A DNA stretch of 64,000 nucleotides from Mobula birostris (lineage: Eukaryota), in the NCBI RefSeq assembly GCF_030028105.1, contig NC_092374.1:197279345-197343344 (forward strand), read 5' to 3'. Position numbers and translations under genes: made by a program. The notes beneath the pieces were generated by a model. It worked only from the letters and a program-made list of their open reading frames with translations, did not search any database and had not been told where the DNA came from. This document shows positions 52,483-64,000 of the stretch, piece after piece (positions within the stretch are counted from its first letter, which is position 1; each line of letters opens with the position of its first letter).

Positions 52483-53350
52483 CTTACCCTTGAAAGATGC
52501 GATTAGATCGCCAAACGGCTCTTTTAAGAGCCACTCATCCAGTCCAAACAGCGGCTATACCTACAGTATGAGTAATACATATTTAAGCATCGAGTCCTGG
52601 AGTCAAATAACAGCGCCCGATCAAAGACAAACGATGCAATTTTCTGAAAATTCACGACGGCCAAATGCTATTTAAAAAACTATGCAGTTCCGTCAGTTAA
52701 TAGATAAAAAGCATGCTTTCAAAATGCCTTGCTTTTCGTGCGAATGGTTTCTTTAGGGTCCATTGAACCTCAAGTTAGATCATGCCGTTCCCTCGACAAC
52801 CGGAAAAAAAAGCGGAGCAAGGTATTCACTTATGTTTGCTGAGTGATTTTTATTTACCTGACGTATGATTTAAAATGGATTTGTTGGTATGGAATTTGAA
52901 AAATATCGGTTTTGATTTTATTATTTTATAATATTTATTATGTTATAAATAGCAGTGGACAGGCATGCGCAAAATTAATCGGCTACTGAATTCATTGATG
53001 TCCTCATCCAGGTCCGCTGTCGTATTATGTTACATTGATTCGTAACAGATTTACAATGGGCTGCAATTACTTAACTAGAGAAAGAAAATTTCCGACCAGT
53101 TCCTGCAATTTCGACCTTCTCAATCTTTGCAGAGGGCAAGATTGCCCATATTGCCAGTACAGCCTTCGCAATATTTTGAGCTTGCATTAATTTTAGTAGG
53201 GGGTTTCTGAAGAACTTTAACTGTATTGGTTGGAGAGGCAGTGACGCGAACTGTCACAAATTTAGCAGGGACCGTCTAAAAGAGCACTTAGTCTGTATTG
53301 ATTAGAGAGTTAATGACGCAGACGGAGATTAACTAACTAAATATTTCCAA

Positions 53351-53429
53351 GCAACACACACAAAATGCTGCTGTGTGTGTGTGTTGCTTGAATTTCCAGC
53401 ATCTGCAGATTTCCTCGTGTTTGCGTTTT
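53351..53429. mobile_element. 79-bp Penelope-end fold-back insertion
   Basis: 13-bp TSD TAAATATTTCCAA; the paralogous site at about 51115-51126 is empty. Confidence 0.85.
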
Positions 53430-54427
53430 TAAATATTTCCAATATGTCCCTTCTTCAGAATTCATCATCAGTATCCTCTGCACAGAAGCTACCTGGCCGA
53501 ATCATAAGACACGTTGCGGCCCTTCAGGCGATAAATGACCTGAGTTTGATTGCAACTTCCAAAAGGGATTTGAATAGAGGGAAAAAATGCAGGGAAAGTA
53601 GCATCTATGACAAATTGCAGCACACCATCACAAGCCAGTATCGGCATGTTTGGCCAAAGGGCCGTTGCTTTATGATTCCATATCCCGTAGTCAACTCCAG
53701 CGGGGCGATAAGCAGACAGAGAAGACAATGTACAGTTTTTATTTATTAGGTATTGTCCTTTGTTGTATTTTCTGTCTAAGCAATGTGAATTGGTTACTGT
53801 CGTATCTTTCCATTACGCAGATTTAATTAAAATTCATCGTAAAACAAAGTATTGCAGTTGCTAGATTCTGAAATAAAATAGAAAATGCTGAAAATACTCC
53901 TTTGTTGGTTTGATCTCTTTTGACTTAACTACTCCTTTTTTGCTCCCTTCTTTCTCCTCACCCACAGCCCCCTCACTATTCCTCATCTTATCCCAATTTT
54001 CTCTCCAAACATTCTCAATTCATGAAAAAGGCCATCGATTTAAACAAAACGTTTTCATCCCCCAATCATGAGAAATGTTAGTATCTCCCAATGTTAGTAT
54101 TTCTGTTATTTGTAATGTTAATTCATTGTAAAGATGGTCAGGGGTTGTATTTTCGTCCTAAACATTACCTTAATTTTTCTCTCTCTCTCTCCTGAGATTC
54201 TTTCACACCGAATTTCTTGCAAAGCAAACGCTATCGGGCGGGTGAAGTAGTGACACCAGAGCACGTCCGTTCAGAGGTTTGTACAAAGTAACCAATCGGA
54301 ACGGACAATCTGCCATCCTTCATTTGCATCGTGCTTTGATTATTTGCATAGCTCTGTATATATAAGAGAGAAGCAGCCGATTGCGTATTGCTTGATTTTT
54401 GGTGTGTAAGTCAGCAAGAGTTACACA

Positions 54428-54838
54428 ATGCCAACTACTGTTTCGGGTACTACCAGCGTTACGGCAGGCGGAGGTAAAGGCGCCGTTTCGAAAAAGGGCT
54501 CTAAGAAAACTGCTATGAAAATGAGCAGGAAAGGCGATAAGAAGCACAGGAAGAGCAGGAAGGAGAGCTACAGCATCTATATCTACAAAGTACTGAAGCA
54601 GGTTCACCCAGACACTGGTATTTCTTCCAAGGCCATGAGTGTCATCCACTCATTCGTCAGCGACATCTTCGAGCGTATTGCGTCCGAGGCTTCCCGTCTG
54701 GTGCATTACACCCGTCGTCAGACCATCTCCTCCCGAGAGGTCCAGAGCGCCGTCCGTCTTCTGCTTCCTGGGGAACTGGCCAAACACGCCGTCTCTGAAG
54801 GCACGAAAGCCGTCACCAAATATACCAGCTCCAAGTAG
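54428..54838 (+). CDS. H2B: Histone H2B variant copy 3 (136 aa)
   Basis: Intact ORF and promoter, with stem-loop at 54873-54888. Confidence 0.95.
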   Translation: MPTTVSGTTSVTAGGGKGAVSKKGSKKTAMKMSRKGDKKHRKSRKESYSIYIYKVLKQVHPDTGISSKAMSVIHSFVSDIFERIASEASRLVHYTRRQTISSREVQSAVRLLLPGELAKHAVSEGTKAVTKYTSSK

Positions 54839-55605
54839 CTTACCCTTGAGAGATGCGATTAAATCGCCAAACGGCTCTTTTAAGAGCCACTCATCCAGTC
54901 CAAACAGCGGCTATACCTACAGTATGAGTAATAACGTACTCGAGCATCGACTCCTGGAGTCAAACGACAGCGCCTGATCAAAGACAAACAATGCAATTTT
55001 CTGAAAATTCACGACGGCCAAATGCTCTATTCAAAAAACTAGTTCAATGAGTTAATTGATAAAAATCATGCTTTCAAAATGCTTTAATTTTATTTGCTTT
55101 TCCCGCGAATGGTTTCTTTAGGGTCCATTGAACCTCAAGTTAGATCATGCCGTTCCCTCGACAACCGGAAGAAAAAGCGGGGCAAGGTATTCACTCATGT
55201 TTGCCGAGTAATTTTTATTTACCTGACATGATTTAAAACGGATTTGTTATGGAATTTGAAAAATATCGGTTTTGATTTTATTATTTTCTAATATTTATTA
55301 TGTTATAAATAGTGGACAGGCATGCACGAAATTAATCGGCTACTGAATTCATTGGTGTCCTCATCCAGGCCCGCTTTCATATTATGTTACATTGATTCGT
55401 AACAGATTTACAATGGGCTGCAATTACTTAACTAGAGACAAAGAAAATTTCCGACCATTACCTGCAATTTCGTCCCTCAATCTTTGCAGAGGGCGAGATT
55501 GTCCACATTGCCAATACAGTATTTCGATAGAGCGGTTTCGTTTAGTCACAACTGATAAATCTTTAAAATCCTTAGGCGTGTACATTTTGTTTAAACGTGT
55601 CTTAA

Positions 55606-56256
55606 TTACCTAGAACGGGGTTCCTTTGCCTTGCCATTGAGTCCTTGGTATTTCTTTAAAGCCCTTCCCACCGCCTTGTGTAGTTGTTTCTTTATCCTTT
55701 GTAAGGGACCTTGCAGCCTGTTTTTCCACCCCAGTTTACCCGGATCTTCTTCCCCGCCAGTGTTTCCCGTATGTCCATTTAAACAACGTGCACATCCCCC
55801 GTTCTCCAAAGATAACACCTGCCCCAGTCTGCAGTTCAGACCCGGCTCTCCATGATCAGAGCCATGGTCCATTTGGCCTTCGCTTCCGCCCTTGTGTGCT
55901 GTTTCCACCACGTCGCCAGCTGACAGACGGTCACTTCGGGAGTCTGGATCACTTTCGCTGGGAATGACTCTGAAGTCGGCCGGGTAATCGATTTTTGTAA
56001 AACCGGCAGAGGAAATGTGCTCCCAGGCACCTTGCACGCCGTCAGCGAAGGCACTGGTTTCGTTGTTAAAGTTGTGCTCGGCTCTCCGGCTCGCACTCTC
56101 TTTTAGATTGTGAAGCACGATCCTCTCCGTCTCCTCAATGTACATTTGCTGATACTCCCACCAGTAGTAAGGCTTTCCGCAACAGCGCGACACGTGGCAG
56201 CAGCTGATGCAAACCGCGATGGCCACCAGTACCAGCAGGAGGCTCAGTCCGATAAG
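55606..56256 (-). CDS. CALHM/FAM26-family channel, exon 2
   Basis: Polypyrimidine acceptor TTTCCCTTCTCCTCTGCCCTGCAG in phase 0, then TM4 LIGLSLLLVLVAIAVCISC and YQQMYIEETE..AEHNF..WEHISS as in the CALHM C-terminal helix. Confidence 0.8.
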   Translation of the reverse strand, partial: LIGLSLLLVLVAIAVCISCCHVSRCCGKPYYWWEYQQMYIEETERIVLHNLKESASRRAEHNFNNETSAFADGVQGAWEHISSAGFTKIDYPADFRVIPSESDPDSRSDRLSAGDVVETAHKGGSEGQMDHGSDHGEPGLNCRLGQVLSLENGGCARCLNGHTGNTGGEEDPGKLGWKNRLQGPLQRIKKQLHKAVGRALKKYQGLNGKAKEPRSR

Positions 56257-57244
56257 CTGCAGGGCAGAGGAGAAGGGAAATACCCGGGGAACTTAATCAG
56301 GAAACGTGATAAGCCAAACACCGGAGGAAGTCAGTGACTTTCAACTGAATGGAAATAGCGAAAACATGCAGGCGCTAGAAATCTGAATTTTTTTAAAAAA
56401 CACAGAAAATCCTAGAATAATACACATAAAGTGCTGGAGGAACTCAGCAAATCAGGCAGCATCTATAGATAGGAATAAAATGTCGACATTTTGGGCTCTG
56501 TTTCCTCACACATTCCAAAGATGTTAAGGTTAGGCTTAGTAAGTTTTCGGCATGCTTTCTTGGCGCCGGAAGTATGGCGAAACTTGCTTGGTCCTTGGAC
56601 TGTGGTTACGATGCAGACAATGCATTTCACTGTATGCTTCGATGTTTTAAAATACAAGTAAAGCTATTTTTTTAATCTCAGACCATAAAACATAGGAGCA
56701 GAAATAGACCGTTCGGCCCATCGACTCTGGTCCGCCATTTTGTCAAGGCTGATCCATTTCTTCATATTCTTCTGCCTTCTCCCCGTAGCCTTTTACGCCC
56801 TGACTAACCTGCCAATTAAATGATCGTGATTGATGCACCAGATATTTTAAATCCTAAAGTAATGGAGAGATCGCTAAAGTTCACAAACGGCATGCAGCAT
56901 TCTCCTTTAACTTGCATAAGGCAAAAAAAAAAATTTTGTATTATTCTGCACGGAAACTGCCCCCTCCCTACAAGTCTTTAAACAAATTATGCATGGACAC
57001 ACCAAGATCCCGCCAACCCAACCCATCTTTTCTAATGGAACATTGGCTCTGGTTGTGTGAGAGGTTAAAGTTAGTGTCTTTGTCAGCTGCCAAACTTCAT
57101 GCCATTATGTAAGGCTGCAGAACGTATGAGAAACGTTGATACCCAGAACGTGTTAGCGTGGAAAAGGCATTGTGTCTTAATTTTATGGGGCTCTGACATC
57201 GCTGACAGTGCCTATTTACAAATAGAAATGGAAATTAAACATTC

Positions 57245-57815
57245 TGGTGAGACCACACCTGGAGTACTGTGTGCAGTTTTGGTCTCCAAAGTTGAGGAAG
57301 GACATTCTTGCTATTGAGGGAGCGCAGCGCAGGTTCACAAGGTTAATTCCCGGGATGGCAGGACTGTCATATGTCGAAAGATTGGAGCGACTGGGCCTGT
57401 ATACTCTGGAATTTAGAAGGCTGAGAGGGGATCTTATTGAAACATATAAGATTATTAAGGGATTGGACACGCTGCAGGCAGGAAGCATGTTCCCGCTGAT
57501 GGGTGAGTCCAGAACCAGAGGCCACAGTTTAAGAATAAGGGGTAGGCCATTTAAAACGGAGTTGAGGAAAATCTTTTTCACCCAGAGAGTGGTGGATATA
57601 TGGAATGCTCTGCCCCAGAAGGCTGTGGAGGCCAAGTCTCTGGATGTTTTCAAGAAAGAGATGGATAGAGCTCTTAAAGATAGCAGAATCAAAGGTTATG
57701 GGAATAAGGCAAGAACTGGATACTGATTGTGGATGATCAGCCATGATCACAGTGAATGGCGGTGCTGGCTGGAAGGGCCGAATGGCCTATTCCTGCACCT
57801 ATTGTCTATTGTCTA
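57245..57815 (+). mobile_element. Young CR1 3' fragment in the CALHM intron
   Basis: ORF 57247-57726 RPHLEYCVQFWSP..., with a (CTATTGT)n tail. Confidence 0.92.
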
Positions 57816-58369
57816 TAATTCACTTTCGAAAATCTCTCTTGAAAGTACTCCAGCTGTCGGGTTTGAGGCCAAAGGGTTTAAACTCTGCACCGACGAAGGT
57901 CCAAAGATATATTTCCAGCTCAGTTTGGTATTGGACTTTAAGCGGAATTTGCGATCGGCCGTTTTCCCGTGCGCCCCCCGCTCTTGCACATCTTGGAGGG
58001 AGAGGTTGGGAGACACATAGGTGCACCAGGCAGAGTCAATACCCCACATCCCCCCCCAAAAAGAGAGGGAAATCGGTAGGCTTATTTGCCGTTGTAAATT
58101 GATGGGAATGTGTGCCTTTGGCGGAGAGGGGCGATTAAGTCATTCGGTGAAACATGATGTGCCGAAACGGACTCGTTTAGCGACATATAGAAAATTGGTA
58201 GACGCTATTGGGGTAGTTAAGTTAGTAACATTTTCTCGTGGGAACATACTGCGGCCGCTTAATAGATGTTGAGGCTAGTGAATGGGAGCCAATCAAGTCC
58301 TTCTGTATATTATGAATGTGTGAGGGTCAGTGAATGTGTGGGAGAGGGGGAAAACTGCGAGCTTTTGTA

Positions 58370-58690
58370 ATCTGATCAAAACCTCGACATGAGGAGATTC
58401 AACTCCAACATTCTTCCATCGAAATTACTTCGTCTCCAGCCCTTCAGCTCTCAGTTTCTCACCATCCACCTCCCCAGCTTCCCCCCCCCACCACCACGCC
58501 TTTACCTGTCACCTTTTAGACTGTGCTCCTTCCCCTTCCCCACCTTCTTCCCCTTGCTTTCTAGTCTGAAGAAGGTTGTCGGCCCGAACCGTCGACTGTT
58601 TGTTCATTTCCATCGATGCTGTCTGACCTGCTGAGTTCCACCTGTATTTTGTGTATCTTGTTCCAGTATCTGCAGAATCTTTTGTCCTTA
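58370..58690 (+). mobile_element. Old Penelope 3' fragment
   Basis: Decayed hammerhead motif at about 58563-58597 and a pLTR tail. Confidence 0.6.
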
Positions 58691-58854
58691 CGACTGGCTA
58701 AATTCTGATGTGTGGGGACGTTGTACGGCCGGTGGGAGTAGAAAAAAAAACTAATTAATTGAGCAGTTCCTGCAAAGACCGGTTTACATCGGTAATAGGA
58801 TCAGAAGCTAAGATGTTGCGAGTCCCCTGGAGGCCTGTCCCGAAGTTGGAGGAC

Positions 58855-58898
58855 TGTGTGTGTGAGAGAGGAGAGAGAGTGAGGGAGAGTGAGATAGT

Positions 58899-58946
<48 letters not shown>

Positions 58947-59265
58947 GACAGTGAGAGAGAGAATGAAAGAGAGAGAGTGAGACAGTGAGAGAGAGTGTGT
59001 GTGTGTGTGTGAGAGAGAGGAGAGAGAGAGAGGGAGAGTGAGATAGAGAGAGAGAGAGAATGTGATAGAGAGAGTGAGACAGTGAGAGAGACAGTGTGTG
59101 TGACAGAGATAGTGAGAGAGAGTGTGTGTGTGTGTGAGAGAGTGAGTGTGTGTGTGAGAGAAATAGTGAGACAGTGAGAGAGTGTGTGTGAGAGAGAGTG
59201 AGTGTGTGTGAGAGAGTGAAAGTGTGTGTGTGAGAGATAGTGAGTGTGAGTGTGTGTGTGTGTGT

Positions 59266-59303
<38 letters not shown>

Positions 59304-59328
59304 GAGTGTGAGAGTGAGAGTGTGTGTG
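58855..59328. repeat. Compound (GA)n/(GT)n simple repeat
   Basis: Seen directly. Confidence 0.95.
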
Positions 59329-59687
59329 TTTTGATGTTGTGTCCTTGTCTTGTTCTGCTGAACATTGCGGGCAGGACTGGAATTTGCGACGGCACTTGCG
59401 GGCTGCCCCCAGCACATTCTTGGGTTGTGTTGGTTGTTCACACAAACGACGCATTTTACGGTATGTTTCCACGTACACGTGATTGAATAAATGAATCTGA
59501 ATTAAAAACTAAATGTAAATGTGTCTAATGAATTATGGTGACAGTAAGCTTTTAATTCTAGATTTATCTATGGTAAAGTAGCTTCACTCATGAGGGAGTG
59601 ACTATTATTGCCGGGGTGAGATGGTACATGACATGTGTGGCGTAAATTTTTAATGTTGTGCTCAGCAAAAAGAAAAGAGCAACTCAC

Positions 59688-60227
59688 CCGGGACTCAAAC
59701 TTCAAGATGCGGATTAGTTCCGAGTCGTCCTTCGGCGGCTCTCGACCCTGGGAAGTGTCTGAGTGGCCCATCACGGCTTGGTTGGAAGGAAGTCTGAGGA
59801 AGTAGTGGATGCAGGCGTAACAGTCCCCGTCCAGGAGCACCACGATAACCCACACCCAGCCGTGGTAGAAGACCTTGAGGAACGCAATTAGCTGCCACGA
59901 CCCAGAGCGCTGGTGGCGAAACTCGGGGCCAGCCGAGTCCTCGATGCGTTTGGCAACGTCTCTCCGTTCACATCTACAGCACATTAGGCATTCCCGATGC
60001 AGGAATACGCTCAGCAGGGTGAGCACCACCGCGGGCACGAAAAGGAAGGAGATGCCATAGACCTGGTTGTAGACATCGAGCCAGGGACACTGGCAACCGA
60101 TCTCCGCCATTTCTTGCAAGCCCCAGAAAATGGTCGCCACCACTAGGGACCCGATCACCTTGAAAAGGGGCTTCCCCACCAGGGCGAGCTTGTCCTGCTC
60201 TGACAGCTGCAGAAGGTGGAAGGACAT
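59688..60227 (-). CDS. CALHM/FAM26-family channel, exon 1 (alternative upstream ATG at 60284)
   Basis: CP..YNQVYGISFLFVPAVVL, WVIVVLLDGDCYAC and ILKFESR, then donor GTGAGT in phase 0, the CALHM intron position. The spliced product is 396 aa. Confidence 0.88.
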
Positions 60228-63200
60228 TGCGGCTCGACAGCCCGCTTCCCTTCCTCTGACGGCGGGGAGCCTCCGCGTCCCCATTTGAACGACGCTCTGA
60301 CGGTGACTGACAGCGTTCGTGTTTGCTTTGCAACGCGTTCCTTCAGCCTCAAGCAACGCAAATTCGCCACGCTCTCCGGTTTCTAGAGTTCATTCAGTTC
60401 CCCTGGGCAGAATTTCATTGCGTTTCGGTGAAAAACAAAAGGCAAAATGTTCTGGATGGAAACAGTTACTTTCCCCAAGCAGCAAGGCTGATCAACACCT
60501 CCAGCCACGAACTGACCACTCCATGCCCTCAACCACCACTACTTTACCATTTCCAGTCAGTCACCTTATGTACAGACACTCGTGTACTTTATGGGCGTAC
60601 AAACAATTTACGCAAATTATGTATTCATATTTATTGTGTTTTTGTTATTGTGCTGCAGCAAATCCGGAATAACAATAATTTCGTTCTCCTTTACACGTGT
60701 GTACTGGAAATGACATTTTCCCTTCAGCAGTCGTCAGTTCCAAAGAAAGGTTCACAGTTTTAGACCCCTTGTCTAAGAAAGGACGTGCTGGCTTTGGAGA
60801 TGGTCCAGAGGAGGTTCACAAGAATAATCCTGAGAATGAAAAGGTTAACATGAGGAGCTTTTGATAGCTCTGGTCAGGTACTCACTGGATTTTAGAAAAA
60901 CGAAAAGGGACTTTACTGAAACCCAAGGTAGATTGGGCGTGGAGAGGATGTTTCCTATAGTGGGAGCGTCCAGGACCAAATGACGTTTCTTTAGAACAGA
61001 GGCAAGAAGGAATTTTAGGCAGTGGGAAGTGAATCTGTGGAATTCATTGCCACAGACAGCCATGGAAGACGAGTCATTTGGGTATATTTAAGGCAGAAGT
61101 TAATAAGTTCTTGATTAGTCTGGGCATCAAAGATTACAGGGAGAAGGCAGGAGGATGGGGTTGAGAGAGAAAACAAATCAGCCATTGAGCAAACTCAATG
61201 AGCCGAATTTCTGCTACTATGTCTTATGGTCACAGAGCAAATCGTTAATGTTAATTGAAGAAGTTTTCAAGTTTCCTTTTTTATATAAAGTAATTTTCCT
61301 TTTCAATATTGCATTGCTCTTAAGTCAGGTACACAAGAATGGGAACATGTCCTTTGCCCCATGTTGTCTAAGTTAATCTGAGCTAGTCCCATTGGTCCTC
61401 ATTTGGCCCAAATCCAAATAATCCCTCCTATCCATGAAACCGTCCAAATGTCTTTGAAATGTTGTCATTGTACCTTGTTCACTTGCCTTAGCAACTCGTT
61501 CCATTTTACCTACCACTCTCTGCAAAAGGGTTGTCCCTCAAGGTCCTTTCAAGTCTTTCCCTTATCACCCTAAACCTATCCCCTCTAACTACTTGTGTAG
61601 CTGGTTTTTATATGTTGTTAATATGTCTGAGTGCCTCAGTCAACACACTTGCGAGTATTGTGCGCAGTTCAGATCTTCCATCTTTAGTTTTAGATTCCCC
61701 TACAAGGTTGGATAGATTTTTGCATAGTAGGGGAGTTAAGGCTTATGGGGAATAGGCAGGTAGGTGGAGATGTGTCCATGGCCAAATCAGCCATGATCTT
61801 ATTGAATGGTGGAGCAGGCTCGACGGGCCAGATGGCTCCTATTTCTTATGTACCCTGGGAAAAAGATTGTGGCCTCTTTACCTATGCCCCACATTTTGTA
61901 AACCATGTTAAGGTCACCCTCAGATGCTCCAGAGAAACAAGTCCCAGCCTCTCCTTTTAATTCGAGCCTCAGTCCCGACAACATCCTGGAGAATCTCTTC
62001 TACATCCTTCCCAGCTTAATAGCATCATTCCTACAATTGGATGATCTGAACTGCGCACAATACTCTAAGTGTGGTCTCATGAAGGCTCCCGGGCACTCTA
62101 ACTATATATAAATTGGGTTCTGCAAACCTGTCTTTATTGACGCTTGAGTGCTTGGTGGAGGGCGCTGATGCTTTTTTTCTGGTGGGAGTGGGGAGTTTGT
62201 TGCCTTGGTGCTGCTTGTGTGTGGGATGGGTGAGTGGTGGGGGGGCTTGGCTTTGGGGTTCTAATGGGTAACTGTCATTCATTCTCTGGGGCTCTCCTGA
62301 AGAAAAAGAATTTCAGGATGTGTATTGTATATTAAATGTACCTATTGAAACCTAACTGAAAACAGAAGTACATATACAGGAGGGGGCATAGGTTTAAGCT
62401 GAGAGGGGAAAGACTTGCAGAATCCAAGGGACAACTTTTTTGCACGGAAGGTAGAGGGGATATGGAAAGTACCAGAAGTGACAATGGGTACTACAACCTT
62501 TAAACGTGCCATCTCACCAAAGTATTCGGGCACATTAGCAATATTTAAAAGCCATCGCTGTGCAGTGAGCTAGTCTCATCTGCTCCTGTTTGGCCCACAG
62601 TCCTTCAAACTGTTTCCTAGATACAAAAGATGCAAGACACGTTGGTTTGTGTCGCTGCCCTCTGAGGGGCCGCTGGTTCAAGTTGTTGCTGGGTCCTGGT
62701 ACTCACGGAGATGTTATCAAACTTCTGAGATTGACTGATTGGACTGTAGTTCAAACTAACTGTAGTTCAGATTGGCCTCTTTCGGTCCTACATTTTTCTC
62801 TCATGTTCTTGCCTATTCTTTCTTGTTGCTGACTGGTGGGCTAGGGGTTTGGAGTTCGATGTTCTTGTTGTTTCTCCATGTGGGTGAACTGTTAAGTTTT
62901 ATTTTCTTCTGCAGGGGGAGGGAGGATTACAACTAGATGGCAGGAGGATTGATGTCTTTCTTTCAACTACTCCTATGATTTTCTGCGTTTCATGGCTATC
63001 TGGAGAAAACCTTATACAAAAAACACCTGCTTCGGAATAACAAAATGAAGAATTTCAGGGATTGCAACATCACTCAATGTCAACAATACTAAGAGCTGAT
63101 TACTGACCTCAACCTTTTCAAGGCTTCTGCAACTCACGTTCTCTGTATTATTTTTTTTTACTGTTTGCAGTTCATCCGCTCGTGCACTGGATATTTGTCA

Positions 63201-63419
63201 GTCTTTGTCATGTAGTTTTTCATAAATTCTATTGTATTCCTTTAATTTCCTTTAAGTGCCTGCAAAATGTATCTCAAGGTAATAGATGGTGATATATCTG
63301 TACTTTGATAACAAATTTACATTGAACAGGGAGTGCAACAGCCTTAACATCGATTTTAATTCATGAAGCATTCAATTACCGAAAGTAATTTATTTTTTTT
63401 TTAAAGAATACTTTTGAGC

Positions 63420-63900
63420 TCCAAATTTACTAAAATGTTGCCTGGGTTTCATCTCATAAGTTACAGAGAAAGGTTGAACAAGTTAGGTCTTTATTCGTTG
63501 GAGTGTAGAAGGTTGAGGGGGGACTTGATAGAGGTATTTAAAATTATGAGGGGGATTGATAGAGTTGACGTGGATAGGCTCTTTCCATTGAGAGTGGGGA
63601 AGATTCAAACAAGAGGACATGAGTTGAGAGTTTAAGGGCAAAAGTTTAGGGGTAACATGAGGGGGAACTTCTTTACTCAGAGAGTGGTAGCTGTGTGGAA
63701 TGAGCTTCCAGCAGAAGTAGTTGAGGCAGATACGATGTTGTCATTTAAAGTTAAATTGGATAGATATATGGACAGGAAAGGAATGGAGGTTTATGGACTG
63801 AGTGCAGGTTGGTGCGACTAGGTGAGAGTAAGAGTTCGGCACGTACTAGAAAGGCCGAGATGGCCTGCTTCTATGCTGTAATTGTTACATGGTTATATGA
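63420..63900 (+). mobile_element. CR1 3' fragment
   Basis: SYRERLNKLGLYSLE..RGDLIEVFK, with an (ATGGTTAT)-like tail. Confidence 0.9.
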
Positions 63901-64000
63901 ATTCCTCTTAGAGTCATGTAGTACAAACTCATTTCATCTTTACTGTCCAAGTTACCTGCCTGAGCTAATCCTATTTATGTATATAGCTAGGTTGCCTAAG

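Larger units (their letters stand above)
49960..55520 (+). repeat. Tandem triplication containing H2B (ATG spacings 1722 and 2356 bp)
   Basis: About 50995-52680 matches 53222-55040; 52680-53160 matches 55040-55520; 49960-50050 matches 53155-53240. Confidence 0.92.

Noticed and set aside
58755-59478. Ser/Leu/His/Thr-rich ORFs
   Set aside because: Translations of the GA/GT microsatellite.

Overview
Eukaryotic (vertebrate) genomic DNA, about half transposon-derived, with one 546-N gap. The repeat families (CR1/HER1-type LINEs, Penelope-derived elements) suggest a cartilaginous fish, probably a ray; this is inference from repeat sequence only. The genic core is a dispersed histone cluster in which every member is non-canonical. 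It holds two intact, Arg-rich H1-like ORFs with eroded globular domains and a third H1 carrying frameshifts. It also holds an H3 with five substitutions around the chaperone-binding region, an H2A ending in SKVYA, and three tandem N-terminally extended H2B genes. A further H2B is separated from its promoter by a LINE insertion, and there are H4 and H2B relics. Most genes keep the 3' histone stem-loop. A two-exon CALHM/FAM26-family channel gene lies on the minus strand near the right end. Mobile DNA includes CR1, L2, L1, RTE, an RNase-H LINE, a HERO/NeSL-like fragment, a hAT fragment and a deleted endogenous retrovirus. Many Penelope-derived insertions carry minimal hammerhead-ribozyme motifs. 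The best candidate for an undescribed system is the variant histone set, possibly a germline chromatin module with H1-derived protamine-like proteins; expression is untested.
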